Below, one piece after another: positions 39,401 through 53,728 of a stretch of DNA of 64,000 nt. The stretch comes from Trichinella spiralis (Eukaryota). Position 1 is the stretch's first letter. Each line of letters begins with the position of its first letter. A model generated the notes under the pieces. The model saw nothing but the letters and a program-made list of their open reading frames with translations, was not told where the DNA came from and searched no databases. Position numbers and translations under genes: made by a program. Location: the NCBI RefSeq assembly GCF_000181795.1, contig NW_003526943.1, positions 2,103,647 through 2,167,646 of the forward strand, read 5' to 3'.

Positions 39401-40262
39401 AAAAAGATTGCAATTTGTTTAGTCAGTTGTTAGTTATCATATTTTGACGTATAGTTGTAATTTGTTGAAAGTGAATTTGGTTAGATTGGACAACAGTAGA
39501 AATGCAATCAATAAAGCAGCGACGCCGCATCCGCATGGCTGCCTCTGATTTTCTGTTATTGTGCTGCGTTATCTACCGTATTTCAACAAATGCGCTTGTC
39601 CACATTGGGCGTTTTTTTTTCTGTTCGCGAGTTTTATTTATGCAATAAATAATTTGGTTTAAAATGATGTTATTTATATTGTTTTGCCGAGTTAAATTTA
39701 TTATTTGTTGTTTGCAGCTGAAGTGAAGTGATCAGACGGCGATTGGGGCTGTTTGTTGTTTCTGGTTGAGCAAAGAAAAAGCTGCGGCAGCGATTTGCTT
39801 AGGCGGCTAATTTCTGATTGCCAACATTCGTCCGTACGTCGATGCTCGCCTAGTGGACAAGAACGGTGTCTGGCGATGCTGCTTATTCTTATGCACTGCT
39901 GCTGATGTTCAGGTATGTAGGCGTTGGTGAAGTTGGAAATATATTTATTTTTCTAACATCCTTTCTCTGTGTGTGTGTTAATTCTCGTTTTTGTGTTAAT
40001 TGTGTATAGTAGATTGGAACGTTGGATGTAGACGATGCGGTGCTAGCGGCATTCTTTTTATTAGCCGCGTTAAAAATCACATTTGCGGCGCCAGTCGATC
40101 CGGCGAATCATTGACGACGTTGGTGACGAAAAAGAAAAGCAAAAAAAAGGGGAAGAATAAGAGAATTCATCACCACTGGCAGTGTGGTGGTGGTGGTGGT
40201 GTTGCGCTTTTTCACTCTCATTCTCTCCACCTTGTAAATTTCTTCTGCACACCGTCAGTTTA

Positions 40263-40294
<32 letters not shown>

Positions 40295-40459
40295 GCTTAT
40301 ACTGTTTACATCATTTAAATTTGAAGAAGCAGAGCTAGCTAGCTGTCTGTTTGTTTGTCGTCAGTTTATCCCTTTATCTTCAGTATATTTCTGCTGCCGT
40401 TTTCAGTGTTCGAAATTTTCCCATTTGCTGCACATCTTCTCTTGCCTTTCATATTCAAA

Positions 40460-43400
40460 ATGGCCGATTTGGAAGCAGTGCTGGCCGACGTCAGCTATTT
40501 GATGGCAATGGAAAAAAGCAAAAATCAACCCGCTTCACGTGCCAGCAAAAAAATCATCCTCCCGGATCCGAGGTATTTTCTTGTTTTTTCACAAAATTTT
40601 GAAAATTCTTTTCAAGTGGAAGAATATTACGTTCCAGTGTTCGCAGCGTGATGCACAAATATCTGGAAAAAGCCGGCGAAGTGACATTCAAAAATATTTT
40701 TGGACAAAAGTTGGGTAAGTTGGGTATTTTCTTCTTTTCTCGAGGGAAAAAGAAAAATCCCCAAATTTCCCATGCTTAAAAAAACTCTACTATATGATGA
40801 TCAGTTTGTTTTCTTCCTGTTTACAGTCGTCATCATCGTATGTGTTATGTATTTGTTGTTTCTTTTCGTCACTGAATTAATAAATTCCATTCAGAGATGG
40901 GAAGGATAATTTGGGAGAAGGATGTTTATTTTTAATTTTTTTTTGATTATGCATATCTTCGGTGAATTGCAGTTCAGTGATAAAAGTTGTCGCCATTTGA
41001 AACCACCATTTTGTGCAATTTTTGTGAAGCCTGAAGAAAATGCTCAGTTTTCATTTTGAAATTTCGCCGGTTAAAGCTGGCAAATAGTTACTATTGATTA
41101 TTTTGCCACTTTCTCGACTTGATTTGCATTTAAGCACCACGAAAGCGCGATACGGGCCCGCGGGATTAAAAAGCGAATATATATTTTGACAAAGCCTGAA
41201 AAACTCCGTTTATCTGCTGCATATACATTTATATTTATATTTAAAATCATATTTTCATTGTATTGAAAAAAATGTTTTTCTTCAATTTCAATTTGTAAAA
41301 ATATAACTAGCTCAGAAATTAATAAAAAGTAAATCATTTCTGTCATCTTTTTTTGTAGTTTAGCTTCTTTAATTGGTTTGCTTGAAATGAGTGTATATTT
41401 TTATTTTTAATAAATTGAAATTTTATCCTTTTTTTAAAATTGTTATTTTCGTCATCCTCGTCATCATTTTTATTGCTATCTTTAATAATAAATAAATTGA
41501 TATTGAAAAATCTGAGCATATATATTTATTTGTTAATTGATAAGAAATTTCATCTTTTTTTTTCCCTTTGCTTTTCCATATATTATGTACTTCATTATGA
41601 TTATTTTACTACAATGACAAATAGCTTTTAGATTTTAAATTGTGGAATAAATTTTTTTTCTCCAAGCCATGTAAGTTATTTTTCAATGAAATATTATAGA
41701 AAAGAGGAAATCTTTGAAAAAAAAAAGCTTTTTGTGCAATTTTATGAAGGTTGTTTTTAGGGCTATCATGAACGATTAGCATTATTATTATTATTGTCAT
41801 TGTTGCAGCTTTGAAATAGTTGCATTTATTTGAATTGAATTGAATTAAATTTCGCGCGCGCACACCCACAGCGTGTACACATGCGTTGAACAAAAGAGAA
41901 ACACGGAGACGTGGAAATGCAGTGTTGTTTGCCTTTACTGGAAGTAATTAACTCTTTGTGGTGATTTTAGATCATATACACGCGCTGTTGTTGTTTGTTG
42001 TCAGTATTGCTGCTATTGTGCCTAATGAGAGGCATTTAATGAAAGCTTGTATGCTTTTTCTGTTTCAATAAATCCGGCAACGCAAAAGATGGGATATAAA
42101 AATGAAATTAGGCAATGTGCAATTATTATTATAATTTTTTTTGATATTAATCCAAAGCTGTATAGAAAAGAAGTAAGAATAGGAAAAATTTAGTTTTTCT
42201 TTTATAAATAAGATTTGGGTGTGTGCGCATTATAATGCATTTTATTTTGATCAATCGTCGGCATCTTCAAATTTACATCACGCTTTACTACTTGTTACTG
42301 TTTACTTTATTGCGATCAATTTCGCAAAGATACCAATCCTTTGTTTGCTTTGTCACATAGTAATAGATATGGAGAAATTGCCAAGTTTTACAAATCACTG
42401 ATTGAAAAAAATTAATTTCTCTTTGTCCTTGGAATATTTTTAACAACAAACAAACAAAACAGTATAATAATATAAAATAGATGATGCTAATCAAACTAGC
42501 CGACAAGTAAAAGCAGTGAAGTTAGCTTTGTGTCGCGATGACGTAACCAAACATGAAAGTTGTTGTCAGGATATATGAGAACCATGTAGACAGACAACAA
42601 TTGTTGCTTTGATATTTTGAATCATTTGTTCATTTCTTTTTCAATTCCAATATAAAATGTGTGATTTGTTGTCGTTTATTTATTTATTATAATTGTGGCA
42701 TTCTGTTGATGAAGATTTTTTATTTTATTCTTTTTTTTTTAGTTCAGTTTAATTTTATTTGCGTGATGCCTGTCGATCGACTACTGTCGAACTGGCTGAC
42801 TGGCTTGATAAGCTGCCTGCCAGATTTGATGAATAATAATCAGTCATAGTTGCTTTATTTGTCTGAGTGATAATTATTTCCTTTAGTAATTAAAGTTGAA
42901 TTGAAAACCTCAGTGGAAGCCTTAAATTTCCATGTACGTGCATGTTGTGTAGTAGTAGTGGTGGTGGTGTGGTATATTGATGTGTTAGGTTCAGATGGGA
43001 TAATGTGTTTATGATGCGGACAATTCTACCTCAATTGGAGAGGGACAGATGGAACAGATGGAGCTAGAGAGAGAATGAAAGAGCTGTTTTGATTTTTTCC
43101 TTTATTTCCAACAACTTCAGTGCTGATAATGGCCGTAAGCAAGCTAATTTCATTTAATGACCGCCAATGGCTGCTTGGTTGCTTGCTTGCTTCACGTTTG
43201 CTTTCTGAACGAGCGTCAGAATAATATAAAAGTGAACAAACTAGCGAGAATGGTGGAATGGGGGGAAAAAAAGGGCGGGCAGTCGAGAATAGATAGAAAG
43301 ATAGGTGTGATGGGGTGGCATTGATCGTCAATTTCGAATAATAAAATACTTTCTACTGCTAACAACTGTTAGCAGTATTGCGTTAAGTGTCGTTCATGTT

Positions 43401-46400
43401 GACCGATTCACATCCATCTTACCATCCAACGACACCCTACAATTTTCAATTTTTGTTTGTTTAATGATAATTAAAAAAAAACAGAGATTCATTTTTTCAA
43501 ATACATTCATCGTATATTTTCGTGATGTAAAATGCAAAGTGTCGCTTGCTGCTACGGAGTGTTGTTGTTTTCTTCTTCTATTCATTGTATGGGATGGAAT
43601 ATTTTCTTGAACAAATCGAGGAATTGGTTGGTTGAAAAAAATGTGCCAAACAGCTTCATTAAGCAGTAATAGAAAATTATTGGAAAATTGGAGAAGGAAA
43701 ATGTAGAAATAGAAAATGGAGACCAGTGGGTAATAGTAGTGTGTAGAGCAGGCGTAAAAATGAATATACAACTTTGTTATTGACCAAAAAAATTCACCGT
43801 TTTTACATTTGAAATTGGTTTTTGTAAAAGAAAAAATTTGAATAATAAATTATGTATTTCTTCATCTTGATAAAACAAAATGAAGAAGAAAAAAAATAAC
43901 TGCAAATCAGAAAATTTCCCCTTCACTGATTGTATCGGAAACGAAATTATCATTTCGCTTGTGTTGTTCTGTCTCGCTTGAGCAGCGTGTCAATTAAAAT
44001 TGAAAAGCAGTGAAAAGGAAAATTTGGTTTTTTTTCTTTATTTTTTTGTGGTTTGTTTGTGTGTTTGTTTTTCGTATCTTTTTGTTGGTGATCAAAAATT
44101 TTTTCAATTTCATCGATCATCATAATGGGTGTGGTCGACGTTTTGTGCAGTAGTCATCAAGAGATGAGCAGTGATGAATGAATAAGCCGCGTTGTTGTTC
44201 AAAATTTTCAATTCGCACAGCGCTCATTTCGGAATCAAATCCACTAATACAGTATTGTTTAATGATTATTTCCTTTTTTTAAATTCAAATTATTATTATT
44301 ATTGTTGTTGTTGTTATTTTGACGTGTAAGTTGATTGATGCCAACTCTGGCTATCGATCATCTGCCAATCAAATAAATCTAAAGCTGCTTTTTCATGAAA
44401 AATCAAATAGTTAGTATACAGTACTTTTTTGGCATTGAATTTATCCATACAAATGCAAATACATGCATATATGTTATTAATTTTTCTTTGAATTTTGTTG
44501 TTGTCGATTCCATTTGATTAGAAGCAAAGTTGTCTATCTGCAATCCTCAGACAGCAGTCGTCGGATGTGTCTATTAATTTTTGATTGCAGTTGTTCTGTG
44601 CTCTAATGATTTAAACATTTCACTTTCGCTTTGAAAAGTGTTAATTTTCAATTAATAACTTTTTTTCGTATTGCATTACTACTTTGTCGAATGGAGGAAG
44701 AATAGGACTTGGCAATTTTTAATTTACAATCAAATATACATTTTACAATTTATGATTAATTATATTTTTCGAACATGAACATGAACATGATACTTTTCAC
44801 ACTCAGGAAATTGTGGGTGGGATAAAAGAGAAATGTGAGAAAAATTATTGTTCAGTTGACTGACTGTTGTTGAAAATGGAATTTTTCAGTGATTTGTCAT
44901 TTGATGACGTAGGAAAATTTTTTATTTTTTTTACGTACTAAAGTGAATATTTTCCAAAATTGAAATGGAAATGGAAAAAAGAAAATAAACGAGGGGATTT
45001 TTTCAATCAAAATAATATTAATAATAATAATGCTCATCTTTTATGTGTGTGGATTAAATAATTTACGACGAATGTTTTACAAATTGTAGAGGAAGGAAGT
45101 TTAAAAGTTAACTAACATATGCCGGTGGGTATGTCTAATGAAAAAATGGAAATTAAGAAACGTGCAATTGCTTGATTAATTGATTTGCTACAAAGTGGAA
45201 AAGTTTCATAAAGAAGTTTTTTATTTCTTAAAATTTCTGTTATTTTATGGGCTTTTCTTTTCGCTTTGTAATATGAAACGGACTGTGAATAAAATGTATG
45301 GTTTAATGAATAAATTTCATGAAACTAAAAAACATTTACTTGCAAGCGATGCAGTTGTTTTGTGGAAAATTTAAATTTCAATCATTCAAAACATATTCTC
45401 TCTCTTTTTTTTATTTTTCAATTTTATTTACAAAAAGAATAGCAATTACAGTATTCTGTGTTGAATTGACGACAGAAAGAACAAAAGCTGGTGATTATCA
45501 TCATCATCATCATCATTATTATTATTATTATTATTATTATTGTGCTTGTGAATGGACTGAAATCACGGGAGGTATCATTTTTCAAAATTGTATTAATATG
45601 AATATCAAAATTAAGAAAATTGATTATCATTGAATATCAATCAGAGAATACTTTTCGCTTGTCTTATGGCGATAAGATTTTGTTTTTGATTGCACTGCAA
45701 ACGTTATTATTATTATTATTATTGTTGGTGTTATATATTTTAATTTGTTAACTGGAGTAAACAGCTTATTCATCAGTTTGATCCTTCAGTTGGGTTATTA
45801 ACATTTCGATCAATTTGCTACATATCCCGGAAGCACGATTTTGCCGCCTCAGCTCTCTGAGAATTTATTTGATGCATTACGTCGAGCGCGCGAATCATTT
45901 CTGTTGTTTTTGTTTTTCTGAAATCATAGCGGCGGTCGTATCTTTTCTAATCGGCATAATTCGTTCAGCTCAAAGGAGGGATTTCAATAACGATTAGCAA
46001 AATTCTTATACTAATTTATCAGTTGCTTAATTTTGCCGTTTTTTTTTCAAATTATCGTCAGTTTTGATAATTAACTTTTTGTGGTTGTTAATTTTTGATT
46101 TTTTCTTGTCGTGTTTATGAACAATTTTCTTCTTTCAAAATAAAATTTATATTAGTAATTGAAATATTATTATTATTATTATTATTATTCCTATTTGAAT
46201 TTCAAAAGTTTCTTTTTTTTCAATTTTTGCGAGACTTGCAATTTTCAACTTTCGTCCTTGGCAGCGGATCGAATTTTGAACGCAGGTATACTGTAGCGCT
46301 TTCAATACACGGAATGTATTTTGAATGCAATTTACATTGTCGCAATTTAATAAGCGAATGGAAATTTATTTTAATTGTATCACCCATGACACAATTGATA

Positions 46401-49400
46401 GTAATCCGCTGCTCTTGTTGATTTTTCTAGCAACCTTCAAAGCAGCATTTTTTGCATCACTTGCCGGAGTTTTTCAACCCCTTTATTTCGCTTGCTTATT
46501 TTATTTTTGAATGCAACGAATGTTGCTTGCATTTTTTTCACTTTAAAATTAAAAAGGGTGTATGTTTAAGTCCATGACGTGAACAATGAAAAATTGAACA
46601 GACCAGATGAGCTGAACTCTGAACAAAATATATGCAGGCAAAGAAATGATGCATTTTCAATTTCTACCCGCGGATACACTTCTCCACAGAAATACATACA
46701 GTGGATGGAAATTTTCTTGATACGAAAGCGAAAAAATAATTCTTATTCGAAATAAATTTTTTTTCTCCTACCATATAGTTCGATCGGTTTCTTGATGAGC
46801 TGTTTCTAATCTATGATACGATTTATTGATCTTAATTGACAATCTGATTTGTTATGCATTATATGATTATTACTTAATAGTGGTTATTTGTAATTGTTAT
46901 ATTTGCATCATGCAGAAAATAATTTAAATGTATAACATGTCGGCATTGTTGAAAAATTTTAATACAGTAATGCAAGAAATAGATGCTGAACGAATGAATA
47001 TATATATATTTTTTTTAATAAAATTAGATTAATTTAGGATTTTTGTTGATGAAAGATTTTTGTGAAAATATATGCGATGTCGCTTGCCCGCAGATAAATT
47101 TCTACGAAGAGGTGAGCTTGGTCACTACTACTACTACTACTACTACTACTAGCGTAGTAGCATTGTTGAATAATTAGTAATGAAAAAAGTGGTTGTTGTT
47201 TTTTTTGCAGATTAAAGAATATGAAAAATTAGAGCTGAACGAAGAAAGACTAGTAAAGGCGAAAGAAATTTACGATCGGTACATCATGGCGGAAATGTTA
47301 ACCCATTCCCATGTAAGTTTGTGAAAAAAAATTTTTTCTTATGGATTTAATTATTTAATCATACAACCTGTGTAAATATTAATGTAAAATGTAAAATTTA
47401 TTCCTTGGATAGAAAAAATTGATCGATTTTTACGAAATTATTGTTCGTTTGTTAAATATGAAGAATTCAACAAGCCTAATGGATGGATGAACGTTGAAGC
47501 GTGAAAATATTGCAAAATTCAATATGCACAAATACAAGTGTATATTATTTGATAATTCCATTCTGTATATGTATATTTGATTTTTTCAGTTGTTGAATAT
47601 TTCAATCAAAGTTTCTTTTTGTCAGCAGATTCTATTTTTGGAAAAGAGGCTAATTTGGAGCTGTTCATGTTTTAAACGATTTTGCACAAATGATAAATGA
47701 AAATAATCGATAATTTTCTTTTTTCAACTTTAAATTAATTGGAATTGATAATTTTTATTTACTGAATTATTAGGTGACTGATTTTAGCATTTATTTTTCC
47801 CTCAAGACGATATTGATGATAGATAACTTATTGAGTGCAGATAAGTGAAAGTTGTTTTTTGATCGTGTTCTTCTTTGATTTTATTGATTTCTTACCGCGT
47901 AAAAATGACAATTTGAAAAGTTTAATGGTGTAAATTTGCTTGTTTACGATGTTTGCGATAATTTCGAATTTCAATTTCCAGGTAATTGATTTTATGATTA
48001 TTGATTTCTTTTAAATTATTTTTTAAGCATTATTCAAAAGAAGCATTACAGCATGTGCAACGTCATTTGATGAAAGGCGACACACCCAGTGATCTCTTCC
48101 AAGTAAGAAGATTTTCTTTTAATTGCAATTAATTTTTCATAAAGTGCTTTAAAAATTTTCAATACAAGCAGCATTGTTTCAGCCTTACGTGACGGAAATC
48201 TACGATCAGCTTGAGGGCGAAATATTCGAAAAATTTTTGGAAAGGTTTCTTTAAAAAAATTTCCACAATCAAAAATGTAAAACCATCTTTTATTATCTAG
48301 TGAAAAATATACCCGGTTTTGTCAATGGAAGAATTTGGAATTGAATTTACAGGTTTCTGGAAAGAAAAGAAAAAAAAATATATATATTTATTTATTAAAA
48401 TGAATTTAAATGATTTTTCTTTTTTGCAGCTCACGATGAACGATTTCAGCGTACACAGGATCATTGGACGTGGTGGTTTTGGTGAAGTTTTTGGTTGCCG
48501 AAAAGCTGACACGGGAAAAATGTAAATTATTCATTTATTTGTTTACTTGTTTACGAAAAGCAACACCTTCAAATAGGTATGCAATGAAATGTTTGGATAA
48601 GAAGCGGATAAAGATGAAACAAGGCGAGACGCTGGCGTTGAACGAACGTATCATTCTTTCGCTAGTCAGCACTGGGGTATTTTTTTTGATTTTATTTTTT
48701 TCTGCTCATTTACTTTATTTATTATTTCATTGTTGTTGTATAAATTTCAATTTGCATTTTTCTGTTTCAGCAAGATTGCCCTTTTATAGTGTGCATGACT
48801 TATGCTTTCCAAACGCCAGATAAGCTTATTTTCATATTGGACTTGATGAATGGCGGAGATTTGGTTTGTTTTCATTCTCTTCCCATTTTTATTCATTGGC
48901 GTCAAGCTTTATTGCTATTGTTTTTTTTTTTGCTTGTAGCATTACCATCTCAGCCAGCACGGGGTGTTCACTGAAGATGAAATGCGATTTTACGCTGCCG
49001 AGGTGATTCTCGGTCTGGAACATATGCACAGCCGATTCATTGTCTACAGGGATTTGAAGGTACAGTTTTTTTCTTTTTTGGAAGCTATTATTATTTAATT
49101 TACGTAACATATTATATATGTATATATACATACCTTTAGTAAGATTCGGTAAATTGTTCAACTTTTGCTAACAGACAGTTCACTTTTTATTATTGTTACT
49201 ATTTAAATGACTTTTTTCAAATTTTTATAGCCTGCCAATATATTGCTAGATGAAAATGGTCACATAAGAATATCAGATTTAGGTCTGGCGTGTGACTTTT
49301 CAAAAAAGAAGCCCCATGCGAGCGTGTAAGTTAAATTTAATAATATAAAGTGTTTCTATATTTTAAATAATAAAATTAATAATTATTATGTATTTTTTAA

Positions 49401-51111
49401 ATGCTAAAACAAATTAGTTGTTATTGTTCTTAGCGTTGATATGTTAATTTTTTTCAAGAGGAACGCACGGTTACATGGCGCCTGAAGTTCTTGCCAAAGG
49501 TGTAGCATATGATTCAAGTGCTGATTGGTTTTCTTTCGGTTGCATGCTGTACAAATTGTTGAAAGGGTAATTGTTAATTGCATTCTTTACACGACGATCC
49601 CGTTATTCGATTACAATTCCAGGCACAGTCCATGCAGACAGCAAAAAACCAAAGATAGGAACGATGACAAATATCCATATACTTTAGTAGGTTCATAATA
49701 ATATTGTTTGACGGAAAATTTATTGATTTTTATTTATTATTTTAATCAAAAAATTACTGGACTATTTGTTTATTTATTTATTTTTTAAGGAAATTGATAA
49801 AGCTGATTGCTTCAGTGCTGATTGCAACGGTCTGATTGATGGTCTCTTGCAAAGAGAGGTTTCTGATCGCCTTGGTTGCTTGGGTCGAGGGTAATGGACA
49901 GTCTCCACTGACTGTTGCATTTTTAATTGTGCTTCAAGAAATTATTATTACCGGTTGAGTTTTTCATTTGTTTTTTGCATTTTCAGTGCCGATGAGGTGA
50001 AATCTCATCCATTTTTTCAAGTGATCGATTGGCAACAGGTTCATTTGAGGCAACTTCGACCGCCACTGGTTCCTCCCAGAGGTGAAGTGAACGCTGCCGA
50101 CGCTTTCGACATTGGCAACTTTGACGAGGATGATGTGAAAGGGATCAAGGTATAAAAAATTTGTCATACGGTATATTATACTGATTGACGTTGGTGGTTT
50201 TTTTTGTTTGTATTATTTCAGCTAAACGAAGCTGACAACGAGCTGTACAAAAGTTTCAACATCACAATATCTGAACGCTGGCAGCAAGAAATTGCCGACA
50301 CTGTTTTCGACATTGTCAATCAAGAGGCGGATAAAATTGAACACAAGCGAAAAGCGAAGCAGAAAATTAAGTTTGATAACGAAGAAAAAGGTTGTGCAAA
50401 TTTATATATTTTTTTTGAAAATTATTTTTTTGCAAATTATTTTTTTTTCAAGAAAGCGACGTGATCATTCACGGTTATATTAAAAAATTGGGCGGTCCAT
50501 TTACCACCGCTTGGCAACAGCGTTACGGTAAATTGTATCCAAGCCGTTTGGAACTCTACCCGGAATCGCTGAGCGGTAAACCCGAAGTAAGCGATTATTA
50601 TTATTATTATTTTCATGATATTAAAATGAGAAAAAGATAACATTGTGTGCTGTTTATTGTAGCTTTATTTCATGGATCAAATTGAAGATGTATCGGCTGA
50701 CCTGCGGCCAGTGAAAGGTGAACAATCGATAGTTATTCGTTTTCGGGACGGTACCAAAGATTCACGTCTTGTATTGACCACTCAGGTATTGCGATTACTG
50801 CATCTTGTTGATGTTTATTAAAATTGTTTAAAAATAATCACTTTTTGCTTATCTATCTCACACGTTTAAATGTGATTTTTTTAAATTGTAAAATCACTTA
50901 AAATTCTCAATTTAACATGCAGGATGAGATCAGTTTGAAAGAGTGGCACACGTATTTGCGTACAACGCAGAAAGTTTCCTCGGAACTGTTGCAGAGAATG
51001 AACAAGAAGGCGTTGAAAATTTACGGTCTCAATTATGATCCGATGCTGATGGACAGACAGACGTCGCCGAAAACTGAGAGGCTTTCCAGAATCCCCGCAT
51101 TGGAATATTGA
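40460..51111 (+). CDS. GRK2: G protein-coupled receptor kinase 2 (RH, kinase and PH domains), many exons with a 6.3-kb second intron
   Basis: [87 protein letters not shown] and a PH domain ending WHTYLR. Confidence 0.97.
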
Positions 51112-51896
51112 AGATTCAAATTGAAAAAAATATGAATCAATTTTCTGAACATGCAACCGTTGCCAATGAATTTGTGTTATTTGAATAAGTTTGTTTTACT
51201 GAATGAAAGCGTGATGCATATGTATATGTATATATGGTGTTTTTCATCATTCTTTGTTGGAGAATGCAGAACGCATTACCTTTTTTTTGAATACTGATTT
51301 TCACCTATGTTTGGCTTTTGCAATTTATTTGTTGAACGTTGCTCACTAACTTTTCTAGTCTGTTATTATTATTATTATTACTTATTATTATTATTATTAT
51401 TCATTTTCACTTTTTTTTCCTTTTGTTGCTTCTCTTTCACGAGGAAAAGTTATTCGTGTGTACAGTTTTATGCTTCAGTCAGATGAAACCAACGGGATTG
51501 GAAATTGAATTGAATTGAATGAAATTATTTTTCTAATGATCAATTTCAATGATTTGCAATATTTGATAGATAAATATTTTCACTTGACGCTTGGAAAAGC
51601 GGATGCGGCAAGCATCTGTTGAACTGAATGAAGGCTGGCCCGTTGTTTATCACGTTGTAAGCAATGTGCGAAAAGTGGTGCGGAAAATTTTAAACAACCT
51701 GCCCATATCAATACAGATCGCTATACCTGAACGTGATGGAGCTTGTTCTGTTGAACATCAATTAAACGTCGGCAAATATTTAAAAATTTTCCAAATTCGT
51801 CAAATTGGCGAGTATCGAGCATATTGGCATATTAATAATGGCTTCAGCAGTGGGCTTCTTGTTAGTTAGTTAGTTAGTTTGAGATTTTGTTACACG

Positions 51897-52699
51897 ATGA
51901 ATCCGAAGTGTCGACTGTCGATTCTGTTGTTCATCGTTGTTGGTGCTTCAGTTGTCGATTGGAGGACATTTGCCGAAAAGCAAGTTACGAAACTGGTGAA
52001 ATGCATGGACGTGAGTCCGGCATCGTTGTGTCTTGGTGAAATCAAAATTCGACCCAAACGCTGCAGTCAAGACTTCTACTTTGGCAGATTTCGTTGCTGC
52101 AAGACCTGTGCCAAGCATTTGAAAGTCAACCTTACAGAGGATGGAGCATTTACGGGTAATGGATTGTCTGTCTGTATGTCTGCCTTTGAATTAGTTCTAC
52201 TCAATTTTTGACCAAAATCATACTACTTGCTATGTGTTTCTTATCTGCAAAGTGGTTGCAGCTCTAAATTTAAACCTACCAACCAAGTAATTGCAGTTCG
52301 TTCCCTTGTAGTTTTCCCTGCAATTTCATCTGTTTCTTCAGAAAACTGATTCAACAAACAATACAATAAATGCAAATTTTGAAAAAAAAACAAATTGCTA
52401 TTTTTAGCTGCAAAATAGTTCTGTATTTTATTGCTGTTGTTGTGTCGATTTTTTTGTTTTGAAAGCAAGCTTCAATTTCAGGACAGCCAAAATTTCCATA
52501 TTATCATCCGAAATGTCCCAACGCCACTGATGCCGTCAAAGCGACTTCACGAGAATCTTGGACTTCTTGGTGTGAACTGTGGACCGAAGAAGATCCAAAA
52601 GAAATATGCGAAATTGGTCTGATGCAATTTCGTTGCTACAAAACGTGCAACGTTGAATGCGCTAACGACACTGTCGACGAAGAGAAAGGCGAAACTTAA
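51897..52699 (+). CDS. Secreted Cys-rich protein with two six-Cys (PLAC/ShKT-like) modules, 2 exons
   Basis: Signal-like N-terminus. CMD..C..C..CCKTC, then across a phase-1 intron CPNATD..WC..C..CYKTCNVEC...ET*. Confidence 0.75.
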
Positions 52700-53301
52700 T
52701 GCATCATTACTTGTATCAAATTCAAATGATGTAATTGTAATTGTTTATTAAACAATTTTCAAGGTTATTAGGCTTTAAAGGTGAAATCAGTTGAAGTTTT
52801 AATATGTGTTTTGAACTAGGTGAAAATAGTCCATGCCAAACGTGATAATATCAACCAACTAAAACTAAACTGAAACATTAATAATACTGATGCTGTTTCT
52901 TAGGTTGAAGTAAATTGGAATTGAGTTGGTATTTTATGCTTGAAATTTGTTGTCTTTTTCAAGCAAATATTGCTGCTTTTTGGTAAATGAAATTCAATTA
53001 ATCATTCAATTCGATGAAGTTCAAAATTTATGAACATTTATTTCACTTACTTCTTACAAATAGATAAACCATACATACATGAGTGTATTTGTATATATAC
53101 TGTATACAAAATGATTTTACATGTAAGTAGTATATTTTAATTTATAAAAACGGATTAATTTTGTAATAATTTTGTAGCATTTTCTAAGGAAACAGTTTGC
53201 TTTTCTCATGACCATCAATCAGTAAGTACATCGGTGAGAAGAGAAAATTAGATAAGCTGAATGGTTGGTGAGTGAGTATAGTCAGCAAAGCACAGTAAGT
53301 T

Positions 53302-53728
53302 TCAACTGGTCGTAGTGTGTACTTTGTTTGCATGAGCTGTCGGCTTAATGAGGTGAAGATTTTCTAGCATCTGACTCAGCTCTCCATTTTCATGAAGTCG
53401 TTTTGTATCATCAGCCCCTCCGATGAACTTTCCATCAATAAAAACTCGGGGTACCTAGGAGACAAATTTTCCAAGTTTAAGAATATAATCTGAGGAAATT
53501 TTAATGTTTTACCGATCTGGCGCCTGTCAGTTCTTCCAAAGCATCTTTCATGTTGCTTCCGTCTGCCCTTTGGTCCAGTTGTATAACAGCATACTGATCA
53601 TCTGTGAGATTGAACGAATGAAAGATTTCTCTCGCTTCCATGGAATATGGACAGTAGGTTTGCGAAAAGACCACCACAGGATGAGCTTTGATCAAAGACA
53701 AAACGAGTGGTAAAGCAACTGCAGCCAT
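53302..53728 (-). CDS. Glutaredoxin, monothiol CPYS
   Basis: VVVFSQTYCPYS...GARS|VPRVFIDGKFIGGADD...GEL, 2 exons. Confidence 0.9.

Noticed and set aside
40000..40338. Poly-Cys/Gly ORF upstream of GRK2
   Set aside because: Translation of (TGT)n and (GGT)n microsatellites in non-coding leader sequence.
43729..43742. 14-bp reverse-complement match to 31561-31574, a possible TIR pair
   Set aside because: 12 kb apart, spans intact host genes, no TSD, and no extension of the match. Probably chance.
51591..51869. 92-aa ORF between GRK2 and the ShKT-like gene
   Set aside because: TTG start and no motif or splice support. Probably promoter or UTR.
53250..53304. Selenocysteine read-through of the CPYS Grx TGA
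   Set aside because: The TGA is not at a catalytic position and no SECIS could be recognised by eye.
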